64,000 bases of DNA, taken from positions 1,239,576 through 1,303,575 of the forward strand of contig JBJCIZ010000028.1 of NCBI GenBank assembly GCA_051294375.1, written 5' to 3'. Below the pieces are notes generated by a model. The model was given only the letters and a program-made list of their open reading frames with translations, made no database searches and was not told the DNA's origin. Numbering within the stretch: the stretch's first letter is position 1; the number at the start of each line of letters is the position of its first letter. A program made the translations under genes and the position numbers. Shown here one piece after another: positions 23,638-35,887 of this stretch. Source of the DNA: Paraspadella gotoi (lineage: Eukaryota; Animalia; Chaetognatha).

Positions 23638-23871
23638 TATGGTGGACTAAAATCCACCAACCGTTTATCAGCGGCCATTGGTGCCGGAGGCAAGTCATTC
23701 GCCTCCCAACCCAAAGGTCCGGGGTTCTAGCCCGGTGGTCGTCTGGCAGTTAAGAGGGACGGGGCGCTTAACCCGCCTGTAACATGGTGTTACAGCCTGA
23801 TCCGAAGCTCAGGGACTGCGTATATTGAACGGTTCTGTCATTAACACTTATCAATAATTACTGTCTCTTCA
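23638..23871 (+). mobile_element. tRNA-twister element, divergent subfamily D; twister at 23746-23819
   Basis: ATTG/ATTG flanks. 5' hairpin GGTGGA/TCCACC. tRNA-like GCGGCCATTGGTGCCGGAGG...GGTTCTAGCCC. Then GCAGT-TAA-GAGG-GACGG-GGCGCT-T^AA-CCC-GC-CTGTAAC/GTTACAG-CCTGA-TCCGAAGC-TCAGG-G-ACTGC. Confidence 0.75.
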
Positions 23872-24366
23872 ATTGGTCAATAAAAACAACTTATACAAAA
23901 TTTTAAAATAAACCAAATTTTTGACTGACAAAAATTCTAAATTCTAAAATAATTTTTTTTTCTTTTAGGATTCAAATCTTGATAAAAAAAACACAAAACC
24001 ACTGTAACGGCTTCCACTACTCAGAAACTGCAGCAGCAGCAGGAGTAGCAGCAGCAAAATGATCGAACGAGAAAACGAGCAAAGAAACAAACAAACTGAA
24101 TTGAAAAAAATTCATTGCGAGACCCATAATTAAAAAAAAAGGAAGTAATATTATAAAAAGTAATATTATAACAAAGAGGCGGATAACAACAACGATTCCA
24201 GATCAGACGAAACCCAGCGAAGGGAAAGACCTCGACGCCGCCGAATTAACATCAACTCTAATATATTTATTGGTATGTAGCTATATGTATATTACTTAAT
24301 ATAATAATGATAATAACGCCAAATCCTGCTCGAGGTCCGCTCGTCCTCGATGGGTTTCGGCCAATC

Positions 24367-27300
24367 CTAATCCAAGAGCTGCAGCAGCGTCCCTTGCTCT
24401 TGAAACAAAAAGGCTGAGAAGACTCGATCCAGCTCCGCCTCTGCGTCGCGGAACGCCTGCCGCTCGATCCGCGACCGGAAATCCTCGGCGGCGCCTCGAT
24501 TCGCGCCGCGCGTTACCGTCCGACCCGAAGTGGGCGTGGCGCTCGTGGGAGGGAGAACGTCGAGGGAGACTCTTCCGCCCTCTGGCGTCCGGAGAAAGGC
24601 GAACTCTTCCAAGACGTCGACGACGACGACGAAGGAGAAGAATTGGGGATAAGAAAAAGATCCTTGACGCTGAATTCGTTTGACGACGTCGAGGAAAAGA
24701 GATGAATATTTGGGCCAAGAGAATTGGGTCAGGACGATGAGGTGACCCAGGGCGCGATCCTCTTGGACGCCTGAAGGTTTAACAATGGCACGTTGAGAGT
24801 GAGAGAAGAGAGAGGGAGAGAGAGAGAATAGCTAACAAATGGGGTTCATGCGTCGCACGTTTCTTTTTCTACAGGTAAATGTATTGAAATTGACATAACC
24901 AGCGACTCTTAAGCATTTATTAATTATTAATCATCATACATATGTACATAATCATCAACAAACTTCACAAATTCCAGNNNNNNNNNNNNNNNNNNNNNNN
25001 NNACTCTCAATATAAAGATGAATGGAAATAAATTTTATATTGGTGTATTGAGTGATACTTTGATTATGATCTATTTTATATGATTACGTAAATAGATACA
25101 ATTTTGTACATACTCGATACTTAATCTTAACCTCGCAGTGGTTTTTTTAAATAACGCAGCTTAGAGGTTAGACTCGTAATAAGATGAACACACTCGAATT
25201 AGATACTATAAGATTAGTAACTGTAATCTGTCAATTAAAGAATGAGGCGCATAAAGAGGCTGGTCTGTGTTATTTCAGAATTGTCATTTAGTAAGTTAGT
25301 GTGCATGTCACAACAGGGATGAGTCGTTGGGGCTCCTCTCAGGCGTCTGACGCGTCTCTTGCTCTGCTCCGCACGCAGAGGATGAGTAAAGAGCCCGCGA
25401 CGCAGGTGAAAGAGAAGAAAAGAAGTTCCGTCAGTAAAAAAGATTGTGAACTCCTCTGAAGATGGAGTATCCTTAAGTTATTGAGGATTTCAGGGTTGAC
25501 TATAGAAATTACAAATACTGTATATTAATAGCATTCAAATTACTATATACACAGAAGATGAAGTAGAGAGTCTCGCGTGGCTGAAGTTCGAAACTCGAAC
25601 ACTGGCTCTCTCACGCGTGTCCACGTACAGGTGATTAGTACAATTTATTATTAATGCCTCCTTGCTTTTCATCTCTTTCTCTTCAGAATCATCTTTACGT
25701 CTCGTCTACTACTACTATACTCCCCTTACTGTCTCCTAACGTTCTTTTCTATAATCATTTATTACTGCTCATAGATATTAAATTCTAAAATAATCTCATT
25801 ACCAGAGCGAAGTGAGCATCTATAGAAACTGGTAATAAATGTCAAATTAAGAGATCGCCTAAATGTCTACCCGCTGTGCGTGTGGCCTGACTCTTCGCTC
25901 GAAATGAGCTGCCATAGAGAAGGAAAGAATGGAGGCAGATCGTAGCAAACTGAGTTGGGATTGGAGGCTTCCGGACCACCTGACGACATGAAACGCATAG
26001 GTACCGACTGGCCCGCGGGTATACCAGAAAGAGAGACGGAGTCCGATGAGAATGATGAAGAGATTGATTGAGATTTTGATTTAGAAATTAGAGGTCTTTT
26101 TAAGATAGGAAGACAGGAGGGGATTTAGTTGGGTTTGACTTAATGGGAATCGAGAACGACGTTTGATCGAATCGAAGTTTCATTGTTTTAAGCCGAGAAA
26201 AAAAACCGCATTTGGTCTGAAGGAAGAGAGTATAAATGCCTACGCTATATGCGAGCACAACCAGAAACGAAAGTACAGATTAGGAACTGGTTGATGGAGA
26301 CAACAACATAAAGCTGGCCGGAGGATGGAGATTGAGTATGATTTGCACGATGTCACCCACAATGAACACATGGTGGCGGGGTATACGCGCATTAGGTCTT
26401 TCAGTGGGTGGCGTGACACTGTGCATTGAGGATCTGTAGATGATACAAGAATATAACCGCTCCTTTCATAATCCGATCAGTGAAGTCAACTTCATGAGCA
26501 AATGCGCGTATCTCTGATATATATAATTCTCGCCTACTTATATTGATTTATGTAATATATGGTAATGTATGGAATCTATATACTCACCAGATCGACAATC
26601 TCCGTTTATCAGCGCCATTTGGTGCCGGAGGCATAGGTCATTCGGCTCCAACCCAAAGGTCCGGGGTTCTAGCCCCGGGTGGTCGTCTGCAGGTTAAGAG
26701 GGACGGGGCGCCTTAACCCCGCCTGTAACATTGGTGTTTACAGCTTGATCCGAAGCTTGTTCTGAGCTGAACGCGTGTAATTGGAAGACTCCTGTATCTG
26801 TCCTGTACCCATCTTACTCCATATATACTTTACCTGTTCCTGTCCACAGGCATATTAGTACCACTCGGTAATGACCCGATCTTATACAAAATTTTTAAAC
26901 TCAGCTAAAAAACTAGTAATCTCTGACATATTTGCTTGGACAGCAAGCCTAGATTGATTCTATGTGTTCATAATGAACTCATATTTTATATTCTCTCGAT
27001 ATTCTCTTTGGCTGGAATATCAAATCTCCGCTAAACAGCAAATCGACTAGAGAACCATATACGGGATAATCCACATACTCCCAATACGAAGTCTTATGTC
27101 GAGCGCTTTCGACATTGCGGACATGTTAGCGAGATTTCTCAAGTCTATATCAGTAATCGATACGTTTTGAACTAACGAAGACAAAAGAGAAAATAACCGA
27201 AATATTACTTCTAAGACTAATGATATAAAACAGGAGTTAGTTGCACGAAGACCTGTAATAAACAGTTAAGCCAGACCAAACAGACGAGTTCCTCAGAGTG

Positions 27301-30300
27301 TTTAAATATTATAGTAATTGTCAATATACTTGACTTAGAACACAAGAGAGAAGGGCAGGGATAACGCGAACACTCTCTCGGGATATTGCAGATCAGAGTG
27401 GCTTGAAGCAGCGCTCAAGGGAAAGGTCGAGCCTGTCCGACACGACGTAACAGCTGCACTCTCATTACGTAATTTATTGGTTATGTCAGACTCTTGGACT
27501 AATCCCGATATAAAATATAGCTTGTGTGCGGATTTAAATAATCTAATGCCGATAATACACAGCACACTCGCGACTCTGATTCGCGAGGTGCCGCTGATTC
27601 CTCGGATGAGATTATCTCAGGTCCGAAAAAGATGTCCTAATCAAGAGCTGCAGCAGGTCCCTTGTCTTAACAAAAAGGCTGAGATAAGACTCGATCAGCT
27701 CCGCTCCGCTTGGCGCGCTGGTCTGGTGTACTCTCCTGGTCTCCCGCAGTATTCTCCGTCGCTCTGTATTGAATTTCTCTGGTGCGGCTGCTCTTCTCTC
27801 AGATTTCGTCTGCGTCGAACGCGAAGCGACGCGGTTACCGTGCTCTGGACTCCCGCGAATGCTGGAGCAGGTGGACGCTCGTAGGGAAGAGAGACTGCAG
27901 GGAGCTCGGTCTCGAAGCATACGCGATGATCATACTGTGTCTTGCGCAGTCAGGAGACAACGCACGAGGCTTCTTCACAACAGAGAGTGTCTCTGGGACG
28001 GGATAGGCTGAAGAATAGTACGTAGGAGTGTAGGAAGAGTAGAGGAAGAAATTGCGATAGAAGAACGTGCACTTGACGCTAGGAATTGTATTGAGACAGT
28101 ACGAGGAAAGAGATGAATATTTGGGCCAAGAGAATGTGGGTCAGGACGATGAGGTGACCCAGGGCGCGATCCTCTTGGACGCCTGAAGGTTAACAATGGC
28201 ACTTTGAGAGATAGAGAGAGGAGGAGAGAGAGATACTAAACAAATGGGGTTCATGCGTGACGTTTTCGTGTATGATTCTACCAGTGTAGAAGAGTGTATG
28301 TAGAAAAGATGTAGAACATGAAAGAACCAGCAGACATCTAATAACACGCTCTCTCGATATAGTCGATTTAATATTTATCATCATGTGAAAATTCGCTGCT
28401 GAGATAAAAATGGAACTGGGGACTCTCTGCTCTCGTGAAGCTAATAAGAGAGCTTTAGGGCAATTCGCAGTTGGAGAAGAGAGGTTTACAATAGATCATC
28501 AAAATTTTCAGAAAAGATTTTCAGATCATTAAACTATTCATCGTAAATGAATCAGACAAGTAGAGATCAACATAGATAATCAGCTAAATATAATTAAAAA
28601 TTAATTAATTCAATTAGAATCACTTATATCGTCAGTTAAAACCTTTATTATGTCAGCATTACGATAAATCAATTTCATCATCATCATCACCCGCGTTAAA
28701 AATCTTCGTCTTCAGCGCCGACACAATCAACTCGACGCAGTAGGCGACCAAAACTCCCTTCGCAGGCGGCGCATCGGCGCAGGGCAGCAGCTGGACGAGA
28801 CGGCCGGGCATGGTGGGATCGTCCTCGGCGGGCGGGGCGTCGAAGAGTCCGGCCGAGAGGGGCTGTTGGGTCGGATCAACGTCCGGGGGCGAGCCTAAGA
28901 GGCCAAGAATGAAGAGGGCGCGCTCGACGGCGGCCGAATATTTCCCGAGACAAAAGAGAGAAGAGGCGAGTTGAAGATGACGGCGCAGTTCCTCTTTGCG
29001 AGATCGAGATGGATGAGCGGGGTGAGTGACGGCGTGGGCCGCCTCGGAGAACATGCCCTAACGAGGGGGGCGAAGCGATAGTCTCGATATTATAATAAAA
29101 CAAAATATCAAATATCAAAAGTCAATCGATCCAACTTATCTCTTGACTTTGATTAGGGTATGGACCGGTATGGTCTATGGTAGTTTAATTTCTCCATCCC
29201 TCTTTCAATCTTTCTTTCTATCTTTTAACTTTTCATATTTATTTATATTTATTTAACCAAGTAATATTACGTGCTATTTTACAATACATTCCATTGTTCA
29301 TACTTGATAAATGCTGAGATCGATGTGAAATTCGTTGAACCACGTCCACGTGTCCGATCGCCAAGAGGCCAAGAGTTTTTGCAGATCTTTCTGGATGTTT
29401 TGATGAGAGTTCAAGAGTTCGTAGCATTTGAGCGCCGTGAGGAAATCGGCGATGACGCGGACTTCCCCCGCGACGCCGGGAAGCGCGCCGGGGATGGAGC
29501 CGAGACCTTGGTAGCGGGTGCCGACGTGGATGGCTGGAGGTCCGCCGATCGCGCCTGGAGATGTTCAGTTGAATTTTTGTCTGTCTCTGAATCTCTTCAA
29601 AGAGAATCTTCACCGGTCCAGTCGAAACAGCCTGAGCACCATCGAGAGTAAGAGAACGACGAGGGAATGTACAAATCCAAGGGCGGGACTCTTTGAGTCA
29701 AAGATTGGTTTTATTAGGGTTGGATGAAAGGCTGAGGCTGCACTAAATAATTTGCCATCTCACCTGAGTTACGAAAGTGACGTCTCTGGTATACACTTCT
29801 AATGTCAAGTTATGACATGAACAACTCAATAACATAAATTAAATTGAGTCTTACACATCATATATCTGTATCGTTTTCTGCTCATAGATCCTATATATAT
29901 AACTACTCTATATATCATCATATATTACGTACTAATCCCTTTCATAAAAATCCTTCAAACAATTCCTTGTCAATAATGATAACAGAAAATTTAACTCTGT
30001 ACGAGGCAGTAATTTATAGTTAGTGTTTGTACAGAACCGTTCAACTATAAGCAGTCCAGCTTCCGGACAGGCTGTAACCACAGCGCCCTGTCCTCTTACT
30101 CTAGGCGAATCTGACCATCGCTTCTAGGGGGCCGAAATCCTCATACCCCTAAACGGTAAATGATGAAGCTGTGGGTGACCCAAGAGATTCATCACCATTT
30201 ATTCAATTTGAATATTAATATCATTGAATAAATAAATATTCACATCTAATATATAACTGAATAGACATGGTGACAATGTTTATTTGTCATGAAATTAAAT

Positions 30301-33300
30301 TCATACATGAATAAAATCCGATCGAATGAATTCTCTTCTCTCACTACAATATTGCGCATGAACTTTTGACACAATGCTAGCATACTCTATAGTGAAACAC
30401 TTTGTGTTGGTGCAGCTCCCGCATGTGTATCGTTGGCTCTGCCGCGAGCGGTATCTTAGATACAGAGTTCTGCCGTGATGAATGTAGTGATACCAACCAT
30501 AAGAGCGAGAGTTATATAAAATTATCTTTCTCCTTTTGTGAATTAAAAGTAAAAATAAGACTTGCCTATCATCCAATGATCAAAAGAGTATCTTTATGTT
30601 TCTGACGAGCATATAAGAAATATAACAATGCATTATCGTAAGGAAAGACGAAATATACTCTGTACTCAATCGATCTTTAATGGTAAAATTATTTATAAAT
30701 ATACACCACATTGGATTAATTTGACTTTAACAATTGGTCATATGAAAGCAAAATCAATTTTTTTTTTTTTGGATTTAATTAAAATCCCATATAGTTATCC
30801 AGCAAACCAACTAATACAATGCATATGTAAGACAAGCCATCTTGCTTCATATTTGTTCATACTGTTACTTTAAGGGTATCTATGTTACTCTTATTAAGCC
30901 TATCCTTAATTATATAATTTAATTATTTTTCTTCAGAGTATGGCCCATCGAGAGTCTTCAACTCAGTTCTTCCGCGCATTATAGTATATTATAATAAAAT
31001 TTATACATTACAGTGTACTATTATAGTACCAGAATCGCGAGTTCAGGTTGTCACCTTCTCGTACTACTATTTATGAGAAGCATAAAGATTTTGAAGTTAA
31101 AAATATATGCACATATATCATCAACCAAGGCTTTTTCACACGTCACCAATACGTTAAAGAATCAAGGAGGCAATCAATACATATACAATGCGAATTGTGA
31201 GAATTCAAGTACTCCACTCCCTACTTATGAACAACAAAAATTACTAATATTAATCTCTATCACGCAGCCACCCTCTCCAAAATAAAATCTATCAGATTCT
31301 TACCTCGATCCAACTTATTTCTTTACCTTAGTCTATGCAATAACCAACTATCAACGAGCTATCGTATATCTATACCCACACAACTCATCTCTACCTTCAA
31401 CATCTTCCTCTCCACCTCTACACGAGACACACCGTGCCAAGCTCCACGGACCCTGAGACACTCACTGGACTCCCTTGGTATCGAACAACACTTACCACCA
31501 TCCCGCGCCGGCAAATCCCGCCCCACGAATTCAGAAGGAGCCGAGCCGAGAGTGCGAGACGTGACACCGCTAATCCTAGACCTGCTCTATATCCTGTACG
31601 CGAGACGCGGAGCCCTCTTTACCCAATTCACACCCGCGACGATCGTAAATGACTTCCGTCTTTAGCAGATGCAGAAGCGACGAAAAACACAGGTAGATTC
31701 TCTAAGAGAGCGTTGTACGCCACTGCTGCGATGTCAGCCAGAGGACTGATCTTCTTCTATTATCTCTCACACCGCTCGATGGGTGGCGCGGATCACATTG
31801 CAGGCTCACATCTGCGGTTCAGGCAAAACCGACCAGCAGAGCAACCTCCGCATATTATGGTCAAATGGCTCGCCTTGCAGACTCGATGTATCGTTCTTTC
31901 TTTTCTTTTATCCTTTTTATTCTCTGTATATCTTCTGCGGGATAATACACTAAATTTTATATAAACTCGAATGTTTATTAAATATTATTCCTCCGTGTAT
32001 GACACCAGAAGGCAGCCACGGAGTACGAAGTCCACCTCATCGTACGCAACCACATCGACGCAACCGCGGATGAAGCAACATCCAACCTAGCCAGAGGCAG
32101 CAAGAAATGTAACCAACCGATCACGCGCCCACAGTCAACCGAGCTCAGAATGGGTCACAATTCTCCTCTTACGCAACCAACCGAGCCAAAGCGCAATCAA
32201 CCGAAGTATCTCCTCTTATGCCCAATCGACCGACCAATCAACCGATAAGAGATATCTACTATCGATACCCATCCAGTAAACGGCATGTAACGATGGACCA
32301 TCAGACCTAAACGTCGCATCCCTGCTTTACTCACCACGCACACCGACACAAGGAATGCACACGATACCAGGAGTACGAATTAGACGAGCTGATCATCCTG
32401 ATCTCATGAGAGCAACCATCACGACTCATTCAAATCTGCTACACTGTACGTTATCTACAATATAACCAAACCGAGAGAGAGAGAACCCATATATCTCATA
32501 GGTCCATTCAGGCAGAGTAGTGTCCTCATATTAACTGTCACCACACCAGCGCAGCTCAGCGCAAGTCACAATTAGATCTGGACCGTGTCTCCTTCATACC
32601 ACTAACCAACAGCAGCGCAGATGACACTTACCTTCTCTACCTCTTACATCCCGGACAAAAGGTTCGTGCGAACCACACCGCACCTCTCAGAGCCCTTTTC
32701 ACCTCCGTAATCGAGTCTTCCTTTGACACATAAGTATTTGGAGCTCTCTTCATCCGCGCGGTACGAGCTTCGCGCATGTTGACCACGTCTCTCACTCAAG
32801 CGACAGTATAGTCGCGCGTTCCGTCAACTGTCGACTTTGCTTTCTCTCTCTCTCATCACGTCTCTTCTCCTCAGGTGTGCCGTCTCTCTTCTCGCGACTC
32901 CCTCTTCTCTTACCTAGAAATTTTCACTGAGTTCGAGAGAGGAGTGCTCCAACTCGGCTTTTTCCCTGCTCCACCACCATAGACCCTATTGTCACCCTTC
33001 TCTATTTCTCTCCTTACGCCGCGCGTGCCGATTCGGCGGTCATGACAGTTCGATTACTTTAGAGCTTTCTTCTGGTTCCTGTATTGCTTCTCTGTGGTCG
33101 GTTCGCTCTTTCTGGTTGTGCCATTACATGGGTATTAGCGACCATATACGAGTGCTGCGTCTTTTTTCACTCTCACTCCGCCACCTCTCTTCGACATCCT
33201 GCGACCCTGATTCCCTCGACATTTTTCATTCGCTATCATCCGACGCCGGCTCTTCCGTGTTTCACTATTCAGTGCGTGACGAGCCCACGCTTAACGGCGC

Positions 33301-35847
33301 TCACTTGCCTCCATTGCTGCACGTCCACTTGCTTCCGTAGAGCGTCTCTATGGGTGCATCTCACATAAGTATTCTTCGCTTTATCCAGGACATAATGAAC
33401 TATACGCGTATATCCTTTTTGCGCTCTCGTGTCTATTACATGTCTGCTTTACGTTCTTATATGTTCTTTACTTTCCTTCATTGGTGTCAGGTGAGGGTGA
33501 TGATGATGATGATGATAGATGATGAATGCATGATGATGATGATGATGATGATGAAAAATTTGAAGAAGAGGACAACGCGTTAGAATTTTTTTTTTTTTCT
33601 TTTCTTTTTCTTTTCTTTCTTTTCTTTCTTTCTCTTCTTTCTCTTCTTCTCTTCTTCTTTCTTTTTTTTTCTTTCTTCGCGCCAAAATGACGTTATTTGC
33701 TATTTGCGAATTATATAATCAATTATTAAAATAACTCTGAGCCAATTTGTTTTCCCTTCTCCACAGCGACTACATGTACGTCCATCTCCCAGGAGCAGTT
33801 CGTCCACATGGGATCCAACTCGTCGACGGCCGACTCGGGAGGTGTGCCCCTCGTAATGATCGAGTCTTTCGGAGGAGGACAACACACCCTCACCCACAAC
33901 CCAGTCATGCCCCGCATCCGGGCGCCCGGCCAGGTGAGAGAGAGAGAAGAGAGGTAAGGAAAATACAAAGTGGACAAAAACTTCATATTAANNNNNNNNN
34001 NNNNNNNNNNNNNNNNATTCCGTTGATGGGATCATGTTATAAAGTTAACTATTGAAGGGACCATGAACTAAGCTCTGGACATCTTTTATATCTAAGCAAA
34101 TATGTAATTTTTTTTTTTAAAACGAGAAACGACGTGACAGTGACACCTGTCATCATGATTTATCGTCGTTGTCATCTTGGTCACAGTCGTGTCTGTGAGA
34201 TCATTGGTATCGTCGTTGTCATCGTAATCATTATGATGGTTGTCATCGTCATCTTTGGCCAACTGACTGACTGACCCCTCTTTCTTGCTGCCTCTGCTGT
34301 TGATGTTGCTTCTCCGCGTTGATGAGTCGCTCGATGAGGATCGTCCCGTGCTCCTTCGATTCACGAGATAAATATTTATAAAATGTAAATTAAATAAATT
34401 ATTATATCCCGAAACATAAAAAAAAAAAAAAACCTGCATGAGCGAAGGGAACATTTCCAATATCAAGAGTTTGACTCTCGCGTGTTCGACGATGTCGCTG
34501 CATCGATCCGCCACCTGACGGGAGAAAAAAAAAACGTTATCGACGTCTCCATGGCAACTCGAGACTCACCTTTTTTTCTCACCTTCAACAGCATGACCTC
34601 CTGCACGTGGGACGGCAGAGTGTAAGAGAGAGATAACGTTTTTATTGCGAGTGCTAATTTAGTCGTGATATACGAGTTGCGATATTAACCAGATTTACGT
34701 AGTCTTCATTCATACCATTTAGACATTATTATATATTTACGTTTAAATTTGAGACTTTTAAGACAGCGACGCTTTTATTTTCCCATGAAGTGTAAGAAAG
34801 ATTTATTTAGCATGATTTGAATTTTATTCACTTGGGCAACTCATAATTACTATTATTCGCCCCTCCTACCCAGCCGTCCTGTCTGCTTTCTTTTTGCCCT
34901 TTTTCTCTTGTTTCATCTTCCGCTTCCCCCCCTCGGACCGCGCGCATCCTGCGCAGGCTCGCTCGACTTTTGATGATAACACGGCAACTCTCGGGACTTC
35001 TGGGGAATGAATCTTACTCTCGCATCGGCGTGAATCGGCCAGTCCGAGGTGAGGCGACCTGCGGACCCAACCATTTTCATCGCGCCCTGGCTTTCAAACG
35101 TTGCCGTTCCCCCCCNNNNNNNNNNNNNNNNNNNNNNNNNAAAATTCTAAAAGTGAGGAATGAACTACGTGGTACTAATGAACATTAATGTATAAAAAAA
35201 TTTTATTATATTTTTTGCAATTTACGCAGTAGGCTATTTTTATATATAGTACTAACCCTATAAATGTTACAATTTCCAAATGGTTTTCATAAGATTTTTT
35301 TGCAATTTGGTTTCGTCAAAAAAAGTTGATAATAAGAAATATAACTCATTTTTTAAAAAAATTTTCATTAAGTTGGTCAAAAATCGTATAACTATATATT
35401 AAGCTGAAAATTAATTTTTTGTATATTAAATGTTTTTTTATTTTTAACTCAATGAAAGAATTTTTTANNNNNNNNNNGGCGCCCGGATGCGGGGGCATGA
35501 CTGGGTTGTGGGGGTGAGGGTGTTGTCCTCCTCCGAAAGACTCGATCATTACGAGGGGCACACCTCCCGAGTCGACCGTCGACGAGTTGGATCCCATGTG
35601 GACGAACTGCTCCTGGGAGATGGCGTACATGTAGTCGCTGTGGGAGAAGGGAACAAATTGGCTCAGAGTTATTTTAATAATTGATTATATAATTCGCAAA
35701 TAGCAAATAACGTCATTTTGGCGCGAAAGAAAGAAAAAAAAAGAAAGAAAGAAAGAGAGAAAGAAGAAAGAAAGAAAGACAGAGAGAAAGAGAGAAAGAA
35801 AGAAAAAAAGGAAAAAAATTCTAACGCGTTGTCCTCTTCTTCAATTT

Positions 35848-35887
<40 letters not shown>

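Noticed and set aside
23672-23745. Bona fide tRNA gene (also at 46.4k and 62.7k)
   Set aside because: The cloverleaf is degenerate with no clean anticodon arm or acceptor stem, and each is embedded in a repeated element.
24983-28380. Apparent diverged duplicate or pseudogene of the INTS10 3' end and of the tRNA-twister elements (e.g. ~26600-26770)
   Set aside because: It is colinear with 22715-24960 but inflated by random insertions and starts at an N gap. This is typical of an uncorrected long read used for gap filling.
33470-35478. Inverted and direct duplications of INTS10 exons
   Set aside because: The pieces are near identical and bounded by N runs, so haplotype or assembly duplication is more likely than real paralogy.
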